A stretch of 64,000 nt of DNA from Raillietiella orientalis (lineage: Eukaryota), in contig JAYWIR010000023.1 in NCBI GenBank assembly GCA_036172245.1, forward strand, positions 434,001-498,000, in the 5' to 3' direction. The stretch's first letter is position 1. Every line of letters starts with the position of its first letter. Below are positions 62,780 through 64,000 of the stretch, piece after piece. The translations under genes were made by a program, and so were the position numbers. The notes beneath the pieces were generated by a model, which had not been told where the DNA came from, searched no databases, and saw only the letters and a list, made by a program, of their open reading frames with translations.

Positions 62780-63470
62780 GAGGAAAACGCTGGCTTTCCT
62801 CGCGGGCAACTGGAAGGACACAGACCCGACGCGGCCAAGAATCCAGCGTTTCCTGTAGACCCTTGCGCACCTGAAATGCGTTTCTAGGAGTAAGGAGTTA
62901 TAGGTCAAGGAACTCACCTAGATGATCCCGCTGTTCATCAGAGTCCCTTGAGAAACGGGAGACTGGATCCAGAAAACTAGGAAAACGAATTTGGAAGAAT
63001 GCGAGCGACTGTCAAACAGCGGAGTCATCCACGTACGAAGAGTCCTGCGCACAAGGGAACATTGAAGGGAAGGATAACCCACAGGGCGCGCGAACTTTGG
63101 CAAGACTGAGGCCCGCAATGGAGGTACGGGGTGAACCCCCAGATGAACAACCTAAAGATGCTGGAAGAAGCTGCACCATCCAAAGCGCTGGGAAGGATGG
63201 GGTACAGGCTAGGGAACGCTGCCCTTGACCCACTGGCGATCGGGACGATCCTGTGGAGATCCTCCTTGCCACCGGACATCCAGGATTGACTCCTGATGTT
63301 CTACCACTGAGGCATCCTGCGCGGCACGAGGCTCCAACACTGAATCGGGAACCCCGACAACAACTATTGTTTCCCACGCGCGTCGACTGGGGACGACCTG
63401 CACATCTACACCTACCGAACCCTAGTCCAGGACTGGAGAGGGGTTTTCACCCGGATGTGCCGGGGCATTT
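62780..63470 (+). mobile_element. L1/Tx1-type LINE ORF2 C-terminal (zf-RVT-like) remnant
   Basis: ILWRSSLPPDIQD*LLMFYH*GILRGTRLQH*IGNPDNNYC...DDLHIYTYRTLVQDW, with in-frame stops. Confidence 0.55.
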
Positions 63471-63739
63471 ATTTGAAACAAATAAAATCACATTTTACTT
63501 TCTTGTGGTGAACTCAAGGGCTCACCACTCCACAACAGCAAGCTAGTTGCCGGCGCAATGACCGGCGAGGTCCATCCAACGCGCGGGGGTAGGAAGAAAT
63601 AAAACAAAGAACAAACAAAAGGAGAAATGTAGGGAGGGCACGAAGTTCTGGAAGTGGGGACGGGCGGGGATGGGATCACACTGCGCGTGGATTGGTCCTC
63701 TAGATCCTGTTTAGGATCCTAGCGAGCCGAGTCCCGTTC

Positions 63740-63920
63740 ACGCCCAGGTGGGGCCACCTGGAGAGCTTTCGTGCGAATATTCGCGTCCAGTGGGTGGCAC
63801 CCCTGCCATTCGTGCACCTTCTCGACGCATTCCATGCCGCCACGATTCCGCGTATGCAGTACAGCACTGCTAAGGAAGCGGCGGGGGGCAAGGAGGCACG
63901 CGAGAAGAGTCGCAGGAAAA
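63740..63920 (-). mobile_element. Second copy of the putative LINE 3' end seen at 60580-60850
   Basis: Collinear nucleotide blocks with identical spacing and similar translation (IVAAWNASRR...LSRWPHLG). Confidence 0.5.
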
Positions 63921-64000
63921 TGTCCCTGGGTGTACCTCCGTCAATGTTCAGGATCGTAGCAAGACGATTCCAGAGAGGACGGAGGGGTGAGGCGGGCCAA

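Noticed and set aside
60580..63920. Direct repeats 3.16 kb apart as the LTRs of one retrotransposon
   Set aside because: No TG...CA ends, PBS or gag-pol remnants. The interior holds LINE-like fragments in both orientations and the repeats themselves look coding-derived.
1..64000. CRISPR arrays, rRNA/tRNA genes, prokaryotic operons or defence systems
   Set aside because: No regularly spaced repeat-spacer array or recognisable structural RNA was seen. The genes are intron-containing eukaryotic genes.

Overview
Eukaryotic genomic DNA with GT-AG spliceosomal introns, most likely from an arthropod. The secreted CUB-type protein family and the hexokinase motifs suggest a crustacean, which is inference. 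Four protein-coding genes can be rebuilt exon by exon with consistent intron phases. They are the 3' part of a Nostrin-like F-BAR/SH3 gene (+, 880-6468), a complete secreted double-CUB-like gene (-, 7334-11912), a hexokinase lacking a confidently placed first exon (-, 21794-24967) and a complete CNOT9/Rcd-1 gene (+, 36804-38947). The window splits into a GC/CpG-rich domain (~6-33 kb) and an AT-rich domain (~34-57 kb). The right half holds many decayed transposons: a TTAA-flanked, internally deleted piggyBac, several L1/Tx1-type LINE fragments and a two-copy unclassified repeat. There are also a few long, near-perfect hairpins. I did not find a convincing new multi-component biological system. 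The best leads are the hairpins, the compositional switch with a CpG-poor CNOT9 body, and candidate alternative first exons of hexokinase. All family assignments come from motif recognition by eye, not database searches.
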